Below are positions 8,895 through 17,427 of a stretch of DNA of 32,000 nt, piece after piece. The position numbers were made by a program, and so were the translations under genes. Location of the stretch: contig JAZRWA010000062.1 of the NCBI GenBank assembly GCA_045599485.1, forward strand, positions 10,072 to 42,071, in the 5' to 3' direction. The DNA comes from Clostridia bacterium. Its GTDB lineage: Bacteria > Bacillota > Clostridia > Christensenellales > Aristaeellaceae. Below the pieces are notes generated by a model, which had not been told where the DNA came from, searched no databases, and was given only the letters and a program-made list of their open reading frames with translations. Numbering within the stretch: the stretch's first letter is position 1; each line of letters opens with the position of its first letter.

Positions 8895-9587
8895 ATGACG
8901 AATGAAAAAAGCTTTATCATGGTTGTGGATGATGACCCCAACATTGCGGGCCTTGTGGAGTTGTGCCTGAAAAAAGAGGGCTACGAGGTACAGACCTATA
9001 ACCGCGGTGATACCGCGATGGAAGCATTTCGTCAGAATCCGCCGCAGATGATGATCCTGGATATCATGATGCCCGGAATGGACGGCTGGCAGGTCTGCCG
9101 GTCGGTGCGTCAGATCTCGCAGATCCCCATTATCATGCTGACTGCCAAGGGGGAGACCTTTGACAAGGTGCTGGGGCTGGAACTCGGCGCGGATGACTAC
9201 ATCACCAAGCCCTTTGACAACAAGGAGCTGGCCGCCCGTGTCAAGGCGGTGCTGCGCCGTACGATGCCGAGCGAGGGGGAAAAGAATACCCTCTCCTTCC
9301 CGGGTCTGACGGTGAGCCTGGAAAAGTACGAGGTTTATTATCAAGGGCATGCGGTCGATATGCCGCCCAAGGAGCTGGAGGTATTGTACTTCCTGGCTTC
9401 CCATCAGAACCGCGTGTTTACGCGTGAACAGCTTTTGGAGCAGGTGTGGGGCTTTGACTTTTTCGGCGACAGCCGCACGGTGGATGTGCACATCAAGCGC
9501 TTGAGGGAAAAACTGATCGGCTGCGAGGAATATGGCTGGCAGATCCGCACGGTGTGGAGCGTCGGCTACAAATTTGAAGTGAAATGA
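8895..9587 (+). CDS. OmpR/PhoB-family response regulator
   Basis: Receiver domain (VVDDDP...ILDIMMPGMDG...LTAKG) plus a winged-helix output domain (LSFPGLTV...ELEVLYFLASHQNRVFTREQLL...VDVHIKRLREKL...IRTVWSVGYKF). RBS GGAGG. TGA stop. Confidence 0.9.
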   Translation: MTNEKSFIMVVDDDPNIAGLVELCLKKEGYEVQTYNRGDTAMEAFRQNPPQMMILDIMMPGMDGWQVCRSVRQISQIPIIMLTAKGETFDKVLGLELGADDYITKPFDNKELAARVKAVLRRTMPSEGEKNTLSFPGLTVSLEKYEVYYQGHAVDMPPKELEVLYFLASHQNRVFTREQLLEQVWGFDFFGDSRTVDVHIKRLREKLIGCEEYGWQIRTVWSVGYKFEVK

Positions 9588-11059
9588 AAAAACGATGGAG
9601 CGGCATGTATGCGCGGCTGATGACCATGGTGCTGGCAGTGATCCTGGTATGTGTCCTGTCCCTGGTCAGCATCTTCTGGTTTGCTTCGCGCAACAACTAT
9701 ATTTCCACCCGCATGGAAGAGCTGAAGGTGCAGGCGTATGACCTGGCCTATATGGCCAGCCGTGTGCGCAACAACACGGTGGCGGAAAACTTTATGCACG
9801 TCAGCACAACGGCGGATTATATCAAATGGAAGGTCAACCGCATCTACAACGACTTTTCCGCTTACGCTGTGGTGGTGGACCGCACAGGGCAGACCACAGT
9901 GTACATCACCCCGGACATGCTTGAGACCGAAATGGTCGATTTTGACCGGGAACTGGTGGTCAGTACGCTGCGTCAGGTGTTGACCGGGCAGGAGATCGTG
10001 ACCAGCGTCCAGAGCGAATCGGGTCCCATGTTTACGGTGGCGGTTCCATGGATCGATAACGGCACGGTGCTGGGCGCTGTATTTGTACAGACCGCGGCAC
10101 AGACGGTTTACAGCGGCTTTCATTCCCTCATCTGGCAGGTCGTGCTGGCGGCGTTGATCGTGATGATCTGTTCGGCGCTGGTGGTGCTGCTCATCACACG
10201 ACCCATGATCCGCCCGCTCAAGCAGATGGCGGCGGTTTCCCGCGAGATGGCGGAGGGACGCTTCGGCCGCCGTGTTCCCGAAAGCGGCAGCCTGGAGACC
10301 CGGGAACTGGCACATGCCTTCAATATCATGGCTACGCAGCTGGATGAGCTGGAGCAGACGCGCAAGGATTTTATCGCCAATGTATCGCATGAGCTGCGCT
10401 CGCCCATGACCAGCATACAGGGTTACCTGCAGTGCATGGCGGACGGCACCATCGACCGCGAGGAACAGGGACGGTACATGCAGATCGTGCTGGACGAGAC
10501 CAAACGGCTTTCCCGTCTGGTGGGCAACCTGCTGAACCTGTCCCGCATGGAAAACGGCACCACTGAACTGGCGTTGAGCGATTTTGACATTCACGAAAGC
10601 ATTCGACGCGTGATCATTGCCAATATGACCCAGCTGGATGAAAAGAACATGGAGCCGGAGCTGACCTTTGGCGGCGAACCGCTCTATGCCCATGCCGATG
10701 CCGAGCAGATCTATCAGGTGCTGACCAACCTCCTCAGCAATGCCGTCAAGTATACGCAGGAGGGCGGCAAGATCACCTTGGGTACCCGTGTGGAGGACAA
10801 GCTGATCCATGTAACGGTGGCGGATAACGGACCGGGCATTGCACCATAGGATGCCCCGCACATTTTTGACCGCTTCTATAAGGCGGACAAGGCTCATACG
10901 GTGGGCAAGGGTACCGGTCTGGGGCTGGCCATCTGCAAATGCATCATGGACAAGCATGGTCATCAGCTGCGGCTGCTCCCCTCGGACCGGGGCAGCGTGT
11001 TTGAATTTACTTTGGATCTGGGAAAGGAGCCGCCGCGGCACATTGAAAATGAAGCTTGA
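9584..11059 (+). CDS. Sensor histidine kinase (TM, HAMP, HisKA, HATPase_c; 491 codons) with an in-frame TAG at 10847-10849 (codon 422)
   Basis: H-box [16 protein letters not shown] and N-box LLSNAVKYT are present, followed by [46 protein letters not shown] (G1, F and G2 boxes continue in frame after the TAG). The start overlaps the regulator's stop (ATGA). True stop is TGA at 11057-11059. Confidence 0.85.
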
Positions 11060-11894
11060 GGCAAAAGCCAAAATCAACTGGTCGCTGGAGGTGACCGGAC
11101 GCCGGGAGGATGGCTATCATCTGCTGGACATGGTCATGCAGAGCGTGACGCTGTCCGATACGCTGACCGCGGAGGATGCGGAAACGCTGAGCCTGACGCT
11201 GAGCGGTTCGGACACGGTGGCGGCGGATGATAACAATCTGGTGCTGCGTGCGGCGCGCCGCCTGAAGGAGTTTGCGGGCGTGCGGCACGGGGCGGCGTTG
11301 ACGCTGGTCAAGCGCATCCCGGCCGGAGCCGGTCTGGGCGGCGGCAGCGCGGATGCGGCGGCGGCATTGAAAATGCTGAATCAATTGTGGCAGCTGCATT
11401 TGCCGCTTGAAACGCTGCAGCAGCTGGCGCTGCCGTTGGGGGCGGATATTCCGTTTTGCCTGCAGGGCGGTCTGTGCCGTGTGCAGGGCATTGGGGAGAC
11501 ACTGACGCCCATCGGGGGACAGCGTACCTATCCGTTGGTGCTTTTGCAGCCGAAGGAAGCCTTGAGCACAGCGGATGTGTTCCGTGAATCGGATGCGATG
11601 CCTTTGGTACACGGAGATACGGCGGGGGTGTTGCAGGCGATCGACGCGGGGGATATGCAGCTGCTTGAAAAAAGCTCGGTCAACTCGCTGCAGGGCGCGG
11701 CCATGCGGCTGGTGCCCGTCCTTGCTGCGGCGCAGACGGATCTGATTGCGCATGGAGCGTTGTTTGCGCGCATGACGGGCAGCGGCAGCGTCACCTTTGG
11801 TGTGTTTGACAGCGCAGCGGCAGCCGACCGGGCGGCGGAAGCGCTGCGGGTCAAGTGGCCGGTTGTGCTCAGAACGGAGACCTGCTATGAGTGA
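11049..11894 (+). CDS. ispE: 4-diphosphocytidyl-2-C-methyl-D-erythritol kinase
   Basis: [33 protein letters not shown]...[18 protein letters not shown] (GHMP kinase motif). The start overlaps the extended kinase ORF by 11 nt. TGA stop. Confidence 0.85.
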   Translation: MKLEAKAKINWSLEVTGRREDGYHLLDMVMQSVTLSDTLTAEDAETLSLTLSGSDTVAADDNNLVLRAARRLKEFAGVRHGAALTLVKRIPAGAGLGGGSADAAAALKMLNQLWQLHLPLETLQQLALPLGADIPFCLQGGLCRVQGIGETLTPIGGQRTYPLVLLQPKEALSTADVFRESDAMPLVHGDTAGVLQAIDAGDMQLLEKSSVNSLQGAAMRLVPVLAAAQTDLIAHGALFARMTGSGSVTFGVFDSAAAADRAAEALRVKWPVVLRTETCYE

Positions 11895-12582
11895 AAATAA
11901 TGCCCATGTCCTGCGCCCCATTGCGTATATTCATACGGATTTCAAGCAAAAATTCGGCATTCCGCGCCAGAGCGGTCTGGTGGGGGAACTGCAGGCGTAT
12001 ATCGTGTTTGAGCCGGAATTCCGCCGCGTGGAGGCGGTGCGGGGGCTGGAGGGCTTCAGCCACCTGTGGCTCATCTGGGAGTTTTCCAAAACACGCGTCA
12101 GCGAATTCCGCCCTACGGTGCGCCCGCCGAGGCTTGGTGGCAATACGCGTGTGGGGGTATTTGCCTCCCGCGCGCCGTACCGACCCAATGGGTTGGGGCT
12201 GTCCTGCGTGCAGCTGACGGGCATTGATCTCGATACACCAGAGGCACCGGTGCTGACCGTAGCGGGCGCTGACCTGCTGGACGGCACCCCCATCTATGAC
12301 ATCAAGCCGTACATACCTGTAGCGGATTGTCATCCCGAGGCGTCGGAGGGGTATACCGCCGAAACACGCACGCATCGCCTGCAGGTGGTGTTTCCGCAGG
12401 AACTGCTTGATAAAGTGCCGGCAGAAAAGCGTTCGGCCTTGGAAGGCGTGTTCGCCTGCGACCCGCGTCCGGGGTATGAGGATGAACCGGAGACGGTCTA
12501 CGGGCTCTCCTTCGCGGGGCTGGATGTTGGCTTTCGGGTGGAGAAGGGCACTCTGACGGTGACAAGAGTTAAAAATGAATAA
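11887..12582 (+). CDS. trmO: tRNA m6t6A37 methyltransferase TrmO (TsaA family)
   Basis: IAYIHTDFKQKFGIPRQSGLV...LEGFSHLWLIWEF...GVFASRAPYRPNGLGLS...GTPIYDIKPY matches the TsaA/YaeB signature. The start overlaps the ispE stop by 8 nt. TAA stop. Confidence 0.8.
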   Translation: MSENNAHVLRPIAYIHTDFKQKFGIPRQSGLVGELQAYIVFEPEFRRVEAVRGLEGFSHLWLIWEFSKTRVSEFRPTVRPPRLGGNTRVGVFASRAPYRPNGLGLSCVQLTGIDLDTPEAPVLTVAGADLLDGTPIYDIKPYIPVADCHPEASEGYTAETRTHRLQVVFPQELLDKVPAEKRSALEGVFACDPRPGYEDEPETVYGLSFAGLDVGFRVEKGTLTVTRVKNE

Positions 12583-12584
12583 GC

Positions 12585-12626
12585 AAAAAGACGAGCAGCT
12601 GTCTTGACCGGTCTGCTCGTCTTTTA
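12585..12626. terminator. Bidirectional intrinsic terminator between convergent trmO and the dipeptidase gene
   Basis: AAGACGAGCAG / CTGCTCGTCTT is an 11-bp stem flanked by an A-run on the 5' side and a T-run on the 3' side. Confidence 0.6.
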
Positions 12627-12643
12627 TGGTTTCGCTGAATTTG

Positions 12644-13285
12644 TTATTTAAGCGCGCTCATACGGACAGGAAAAGTGAAATAGGTGTCGGGGTGAGGTTC
12701 ATTTTCAAGGGTGAAGTGCCACCACTCGGTGGAAAGGGGACGGAAGCCGCTTTGCAGCATGAAGCCGCGCAGGATTTGGCGGTGATTGAACTGTTCTCCG
12801 GTAAGCCCTTCGGTGTGGTCGGGATGGGAGAGAGGACCGAAGAAATCGAATGGTCCGCCCATATCGACCTCTTTTCCTTTGGCAATGTCGAACAGTGTCA
12901 GGTCGATGGTGCTGCCGCGGCTATGACCGGAATGTTTGGCGATAAATCCCTGTGAAAACAGGTCTTTTTTATTGACATCGGGATAGAAAACGCTTTTCAT
13001 GCGCGTATCGGCGGTATCCTCCGCCCAGCGCACAAAATGATCTACCGCGGACTGCGGCCGATAGGCATCATATACTTTGAAGAGATAGCCCTTTGCGGCG
13101 GCAAGGGCGGCGGCTCTTTTCAGCGCTTCGGCTGCCTCGCGGGTCGCGAGGGCCAAGGGCTCCTCATAGCCGTCGATGCGGTCGCCGATAAAATTATAGG
13201 AAGAATGATAACGGATCTCGCATAAAATGCCGGGCAGAAAGTGCGACAGGGAAACAAACCCGGAGGCATCATCGGAAAACAGCAT
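12644..13285 (-). CDS. ddpX: D-alanyl-D-alanine dipeptidase (VanX/DdpX family, M15D)
   Basis: EIRYHSSYNFIGDRIDGY...YDAYRPQSAVDHF...SGHSRGSTIDLTL...EWWHFTL matches the VanX-type zinc dipeptidase motifs (SxHxxGxAxD-like and ExxH). TAA stop. Confidence 0.85.
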   Translation of the reverse strand: MLFSDDASGFVSLSHFLPGILCEIRYHSSYNFIGDRIDGYEEPLALATREAAEALKRAAALAAAKGYLFKVYDAYRPQSAVDHFVRWAEDTADTRMKSVFYPDVNKKDLFSQGFIAKHSGHSRGSTIDLTLFDIAKGKEVDMGGPFDFFGPLSHPDHTEGLTGEQFNHRQILRGFMLQSGFRPLSTEWWHFTLENEPHPDTYFTFPVRMSALK

Positions 13286-13304
13286 GCGTTTTTATCCTGT
13301 CCTT

Positions 13305-13721
13305 TCAGACAATATAAAAGGAAATGATGATCATCGCTATGGCACAGATGAGGTCGGCGATCAGGCAGCAGGCGTCTTTTTCGCCGGCCTCAAGGTCCTC
13401 AAAGGCTTCGGGGCGGTCATCGATGTGATCGATCATGTCGCCGTATGAGGAGATCATCGGCTTTTTGCGCAGGTTGAGGCGCATCATCATGGGCTTGGGC
13501 AGCTGCATGCCGTCCAGACGGAGCCATGCGATCCATGCCATCAGAAGGAACAGTACCCCAAAGAAGGCGCAGCCGTTGGTTTTGACACGGGTGAGCGCGG
13601 TAGGCAGGAAGAAATCGGCCAGCAGTACGATGAGCAGCGCGATGGGGAAACGCGTAAGCGTCATATAGACGGTGGGACGGATGATGACGCGGGAAAAATG
13701 CTGTTTTAAATTCTTTTTCAT
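13305..13721 (-). CDS. Small integral membrane protein of unknown function, co-oriented with and 19 nt upstream of the dipeptidase gene
   Basis: RBS GGGAGG lies upstream of MKKNLKQHF. There are hydrophobic stretches (FPIALLIVLLADFFL, AFFGVLFLLMAWIAWL, LIADLICAIAMIIISF). TGA stop. I recognise no family. Confidence 0.5.
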   Translation of the reverse strand: MKKNLKQHFSRVIIRPTVYMTLTRFPIALLIVLLADFFLPTALTRVKTNGCAFFGVLFLLMAWIAWLRLDGMQLPKPMMMRLNLRKKPMISSYGDMIDHIDDRPEAFEDLEAGEKDACCLIADLICAIAMIIISFYIV

Positions 13722-13874
13722 TCTGACCTCCCATAACAGGATTTTATCATACACTGAAAAGTGAAAAAAGACAAGAGTATGGATTATTGCACTTTAAAAA
13801 ATGCATATACAACAAAAAAACATTACGAAAGTCTTAAAGTATGGCATTTTTGTCAGAACTGTTTGCGAAACAGC

Positions 13875-13903
13875 TTGACGAAAACTGCAAATTTCTTTAT
13901 AAT
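13875..13903 (+). promoter_or_regulatory. Sigma-70-type promoter for the ABC importer operon
   Basis: TTGACG (13875-13880), an exact 17-nt spacer, then TATAAT (13898-13903), located 60 nt upstream of the binding-protein ATG. Confidence 0.6.
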
Positions 13904-13911
13904 GTACGCTA

Positions 13912-13929
13912 TCACAGAATTATCTGTGA
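13912..13929. promoter_or_regulatory. Perfect 7-4-7 inverted repeat TCACAGA-ATTA-TCTGTGA over the predicted transcription start; candidate operator
   Basis: Read directly. It begins 9 nt after the -10 hexamer. The regulator is unknown. Confidence 0.35.
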
Positions 13930-13962
13930 CAATATTATTTTTCTCTACAGGAGGAATCTGCT

Positions 13963-15867
13963 ATGAAGAAGTTTGCTTCTCTCGTGCTGGTTCTGGCCAT
14001 GATCCTCAGCTGCGTGGGCGTTGTCTCCGCCGAAAAGCTGAATGTGTATCATGACTATCAGACCACCGCGAACGAAATGGAGTACTGGCTGATCCAGATG
14101 TCCCAGGGCGCCAAGGAACTGAACGTCCTGAACAACTGCCTGGATGGTCTGGTTTACAACAACAACCAGGGCAGCCTGGTGGGCCTGGCCGCTGAAAGCT
14201 GGAGCTCCAACGATGACGCCACCGTGTGGACCTTCAAGATCCGTGAGGATATGAGCTGGGTCGACGCCAACGGCGAGTACAAGGGCGACGTTACCTCTGC
14301 CGACTGGATGACCGGCGTGGAATGGACCCTGAACTATGCCAAGAACGCCGCCACCAACACCTCCATGCTGTTTGAGACCCTGGTGGGCACCGAAGACTAC
14401 TACGCCTACACCAAGGCTCTGGCCGAGAGCGATACCGCTGCCGCCGAAGCCCTGCTGTATGACAACGATGAATTCGCCAAGGTCGGCATCAAGGCCCTGG
14501 ATGAATACACCCTCGAGTTCACCTGCTTCGCTCCCACCCCCTACTTCGCTTCCGTCTGCACCTACGCCTGCCTGTATCCCCTGCCCCAGGGCATGGTCGA
14601 CGAGCTGGGCGTGGAAGGCACTCAGTCTGTTTCTCCCGCCGATCTGTGGTACTCCGGTCCCTACACCGTGACCAACTACAACAACGGCTCTGAAAAGACC
14701 CTGACCCGCAACCCCCTGTACTGGAACGAAGACGCCGATCTGTTCGACGAAGTCGTCATCACCATGGTGGAATCCGCCGATAAGGCCTACGAGCTGTTCA
14801 CCAACGGCCAGCTGGACTACACCGCTCTGAGCCAGAGCAAGCTGATGACCATCTACAACGACACCAACAACCCCTACTACAACAACCTGGTGGAAGCCCG
14901 TCCTACCAAGTACTCCTACCAGATGCACCTGTGCTACAACGTCAACAAGCTGGACAACACCCCCGACTATGACTGGAACACCGCCATCGCCAACGAGGCC
15001 TTCCGTCTGTCCTGGCTGCACGGTCTGGATCTGACCAAGTACCTGGAGCGCACCAACCCCATCAACCCCCAGAAGTGCGAGAACTACACCTACACCGGTC
15101 TGGGCGTTGCCGTTAACAGCCAGGGTGTGGACTATGCCAACATGGTCGCTTCCTACCTGGGCGAAGAGAACACCTCCGCTCGTGTCAATCCCGAACTGGC
15201 TGCTCAGTACAAGGCTCAGGCCATGGAAGAGCTGACCGCTCTGGGCGTGACCTTCCCTGTGGAAGTTCGCTACTACATCTCCGGTTCCTCCACCACCGCT
15301 GCCGAGAGCGCCAAGGTGCTGCAGCAGATCTTCAACGATTGCCTGGGCGAGGATTACATCAACTTCACCATCCAGACCTACGTGTCTTCTGTTGCCAACG
15401 AAGTTCGTAAGCCCTCCTACGCTTCCTTCTACATCAACGGTTGGGGCGCTGACTTCGGCGATCCCGTCAACTTCGTTGGTCAGGAGACCTATGGTGAGGA
15501 CAATGCTTACTACTCTGTGAGCTACTCCAAGATCAATGAGCGCGCCGATGATCCCACCGCCGCCGCCCTGATCGCCACCTACGAAGAGTACACCGCCATG
15601 GTTGCCGAAGGCCGCGACATCACCACCGATCTGGATGCCCGCTATGATGCCTTCGCCAAGGCCGAAGCCTACTTCGTGGCTCACGCCCTGACCATCCCCT
15701 GCTACATCGATGTGTCCTGGCAGCTGACCAAGGTCAATGACTACACCAAGATCTATGCTGCTTACGGCATCTCCGCTTATCGCTATGAGAACTGGGAGAC
15801 CAGCACCGAGCTGTACACCACCGCTGACTACGCCGCCTTCCAGGCTGCTTACGAAGCTGCGGAATAA
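13963..15867 (+). CDS. ABC transporter substrate-binding lipoprotein, family 5 (peptide/oligopeptide type)
   Basis: Lipoprotein signal MKKFASLVLVLAMILSC. A family-5-like core follows (LVGLAAESWSSNDDATVWTFKIREDMSWVDANGEY.GDVTSADW). RBS AGGAGG. Codon bias towards C-ending codons is strong. TAA stop. Confidence 0.85.
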   Translation: MKKFASLVLVLAMILSCVGVVSAEKLNVYHDYQTTANEMEYWLIQMSQGAKELNVLNNCLDGLVYNNNQGSLVGLAAESWSSNDDATVWTFKIREDMSWVDANGEYKGDVTSADWMTGVEWTLNYAKNAATNTSMLFETLVGTEDYYAYTKALAESDTAAAEALLYDNDEFAKVGIKALDEYTLEFTCFAPTPYFASVCTYACLYPLPQGMVDELGVEGTQSVSPADLWYSGPYTVTNYNNGSEKTLTRNPLYWNEDADLFDEVVITMVESADKAYELFTNGQLDYTALSQSKLMTIYNDTNNPYYNNLVEARPTKYSYQMHLCYNVNKLDNTPDYDWNTAIANEAFRLSWLHGLDLTKYLERTNPINPQKCENYTYTGLGVAVNSQGVDYANMVASYLGEENTSARVNPELAAQYKAQAMEELTALGVTFPVEVRYYISGSSTTAAESAKVLQQIFNDCLGEDYINFTIQTYVSSVANEVRKPSYASFYINGWGADFGDPVNFVGQETYGEDNAYYSVSYSKINERADDPTAAALIATYEEYTAMVAEGRDITTDLDARYDAFAKAEAYFVAHALTIPCYIDVSWQLTKVNDYTKIYAAYGISAYRYENWETSTELYTTADYAAFQAAYEAAE

Positions 15868-15899
15868 TCCCTTCTGAAGCGAATAACCTTACTGCGTAC

Positions 15900-15935
15900 G
15901 GCAGACGGCTTTCCCGCAAGGGAGAGCCGTCTGCC
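15900..15935 (+). terminator. Very stable intercistronic hairpin after the binding-protein gene; attenuating terminator or mRNA stabiliser
   Basis: 16-bp stem GGCAGACGGCTTTCCC / GGGAGAGCCGTCTGCC (one G-U pair) with a GCAA tetraloop. The T-run (15944-15949) is 8 nt away, so termination is probably partial. Confidence 0.5.
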
Positions 15936-16016
15936 ACAAGTCATTTTTTATTGAATAGCAGGCAGAAGCGTTGACTGCTCTTCCCGTGCCTCAATCACCC
16001 CGAAGGAGCCCTGCTT

Positions 16017-17426
16017 ATGATCAAATACATTCTCAAAAGATTGCTTCAATCTCTTATCACGCTGTTTGTTATCGTCAGCGTGGTATTTCTGCTGATGAGA
16101 TTGATGCCCACCGATTATTTCTTTACCGAAGATGAGCTGATCAAGCTGACCGACAGTCAGAAGATCGATAAGCTGAATGCTGCCGGATTGCTGGATAATC
16201 CCTTTGTTCAGCTGAAAAATTTCTATGCGCAAATGTTCCGCATCGAATATACCTATGACAGCGCTCAGTCGGCGCGTATCAGCGTGGAGCTGGCCGCCGG
16301 CGCAGTGGATGGCCTTCACACCGCGGTGGAAAAGACCATCAACCAGTATTATACCGATTCGGATGCCGCTGCCAAGGAAATCACAAAGATGAATGATAAG
16401 GTGCTGACGCAGACGGTTGTGGAACGCATCACCGCGTCGGCGCTTGCAATACCGGGCGCGGATGACGCGGCCATTATGGAGTCTGTGTACACGCAGTGTG
16501 CCGATAAGGCCCTTGGCACTTTGCTCAAGGACGCCAAAAAGGCCTGCGGCAATGACATCGCCGATGCCTTCACCGCGACGCTGAATGAAAACATCCGTAC
16601 CGAGATCGGTGCGAAGACGAAGGGGATGGCACTGACTGTCACCACCTCCGGCTTTGCCAATGTGCTGAACCATATCAACCCCTTCAACTATACGCTTCGT
16701 TTCTCCCTGGGTGACAGCTACCGCATTCAGCACGGTGTGTCGGTCATCAAGGTCATCATGGAAAAATTCCCCGTCTCCATGATGCTGGGTCTGTGCTCTC
16801 TGGCACTGGCTCTGGTGGTGGGCGTTGTGTTGGGTATTCTGCAGGCGCGCTTCAAGGGCGGTCTGCTGGATCAGGTCGGTACCGGTTATACCATCTTTGT
16901 CAACGCCGTGCCGCATCTGGTCAGCTACACGCTGATCATGTATGTCTGCGCCGCGCTGTTCAAGCTGCCCATGACCTACCGTGCGGCAACACCGCTGGAA
17001 TCCTCCATCCCGCCGATCCTGTGTCTGGCGATGGGCTCCATTGCTTCCTATATGCTGTGGATGCGCCGTTACATGGTGGATGAGCTCAACAAGGATTACA
17101 TCCGTCTGGCACAGCTGAAGGGCCTGACCACCACGCAGGTCATGTTCCGTCACGTGATGAAAAACGCCTTCCTGCCTCTGGCACAGTACCTGCCCTACAA
17201 CATCCTGCTGACGGTGGGCGGCTCCCTGCTGGCGGAAAGCTTCTTCTCCGTGCCCGGCATGGGTCCCCTGCTGACGTTGGCCATCTCCCGTTATGACACC
17301 AACCTGGTTCAGGCGATCGTACTGTTCTATGCCGCGATGGGTATCATCGGTACTTTCCTGGGCGACCTGCTCATGGGCGTGCTGGATCCCAGAATCAGCC
17401 TGACCAAGAAGGGAGGTACCCGCTGA
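16017..17426 (+). CDS. ABC peptide transporter permease (OppB/DppB type), unusually long at 469 aa
   Basis: OppB-type N-terminus MIKYILKRLLQSLITLFVIVSVVFLLMRLMP and C-terminal BPD_transp_1 features (YIRLAQLKGLTTTQVMFRHVMKNA). A large extra segment sits between TM1 and TM2. TGA stop. Confidence 0.85.
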   Translation: MIKYILKRLLQSLITLFVIVSVVFLLMRLMPTDYFFTEDELIKLTDSQKIDKLNAAGLLDNPFVQLKNFYAQMFRIEYTYDSAQSARISVELAAGAVDGLHTAVEKTINQYYTDSDAAAKEITKMNDKVLTQTVVERITASALAIPGADDAAIMESVYTQCADKALGTLLKDAKKACGNDIADAFTATLNENIRTEIGAKTKGMALTVTTSGFANVLNHINPFNYTLRFSLGDSYRIQHGVSVIKVIMEKFPVSMMLGLCSLALALVVGVVLGILQARFKGGLLDQVGTGYTIFVNAVPHLVSYTLIMYVCAALFKLPMTYRAATPLESSIPPILCLAMGSIASYMLWMRRYMVDELNKDYIRLAQLKGLTTTQVMFRHVMKNAFLPLAQYLPYNILLTVGGSLLAESFFSVPGMGPLLTLAISRYDTNLVQAIVLFYAAMGIIGTFLGDLLMGVLDPRISLTKKGGTR

Positions 17427-17427
17427 T

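Noticed and set aside
7353-9491. Very long antisense ORFs in the track: 7353-9491(-), 18550-20754(-), 13945-15684(-), 15948-17540(-), 4125-5669(-), 9566-11077(-), 21866-23380(-), 24332-25732(-) and 22-849(-)
   Set aside because: Each lies opposite a gene with clear family motifs. Their translations are low-complexity, rich in Arg, Gly, His and Gln, with no recognisable domains. They are the shadow ORFs expected in GC-rich, codon-biased DNA.
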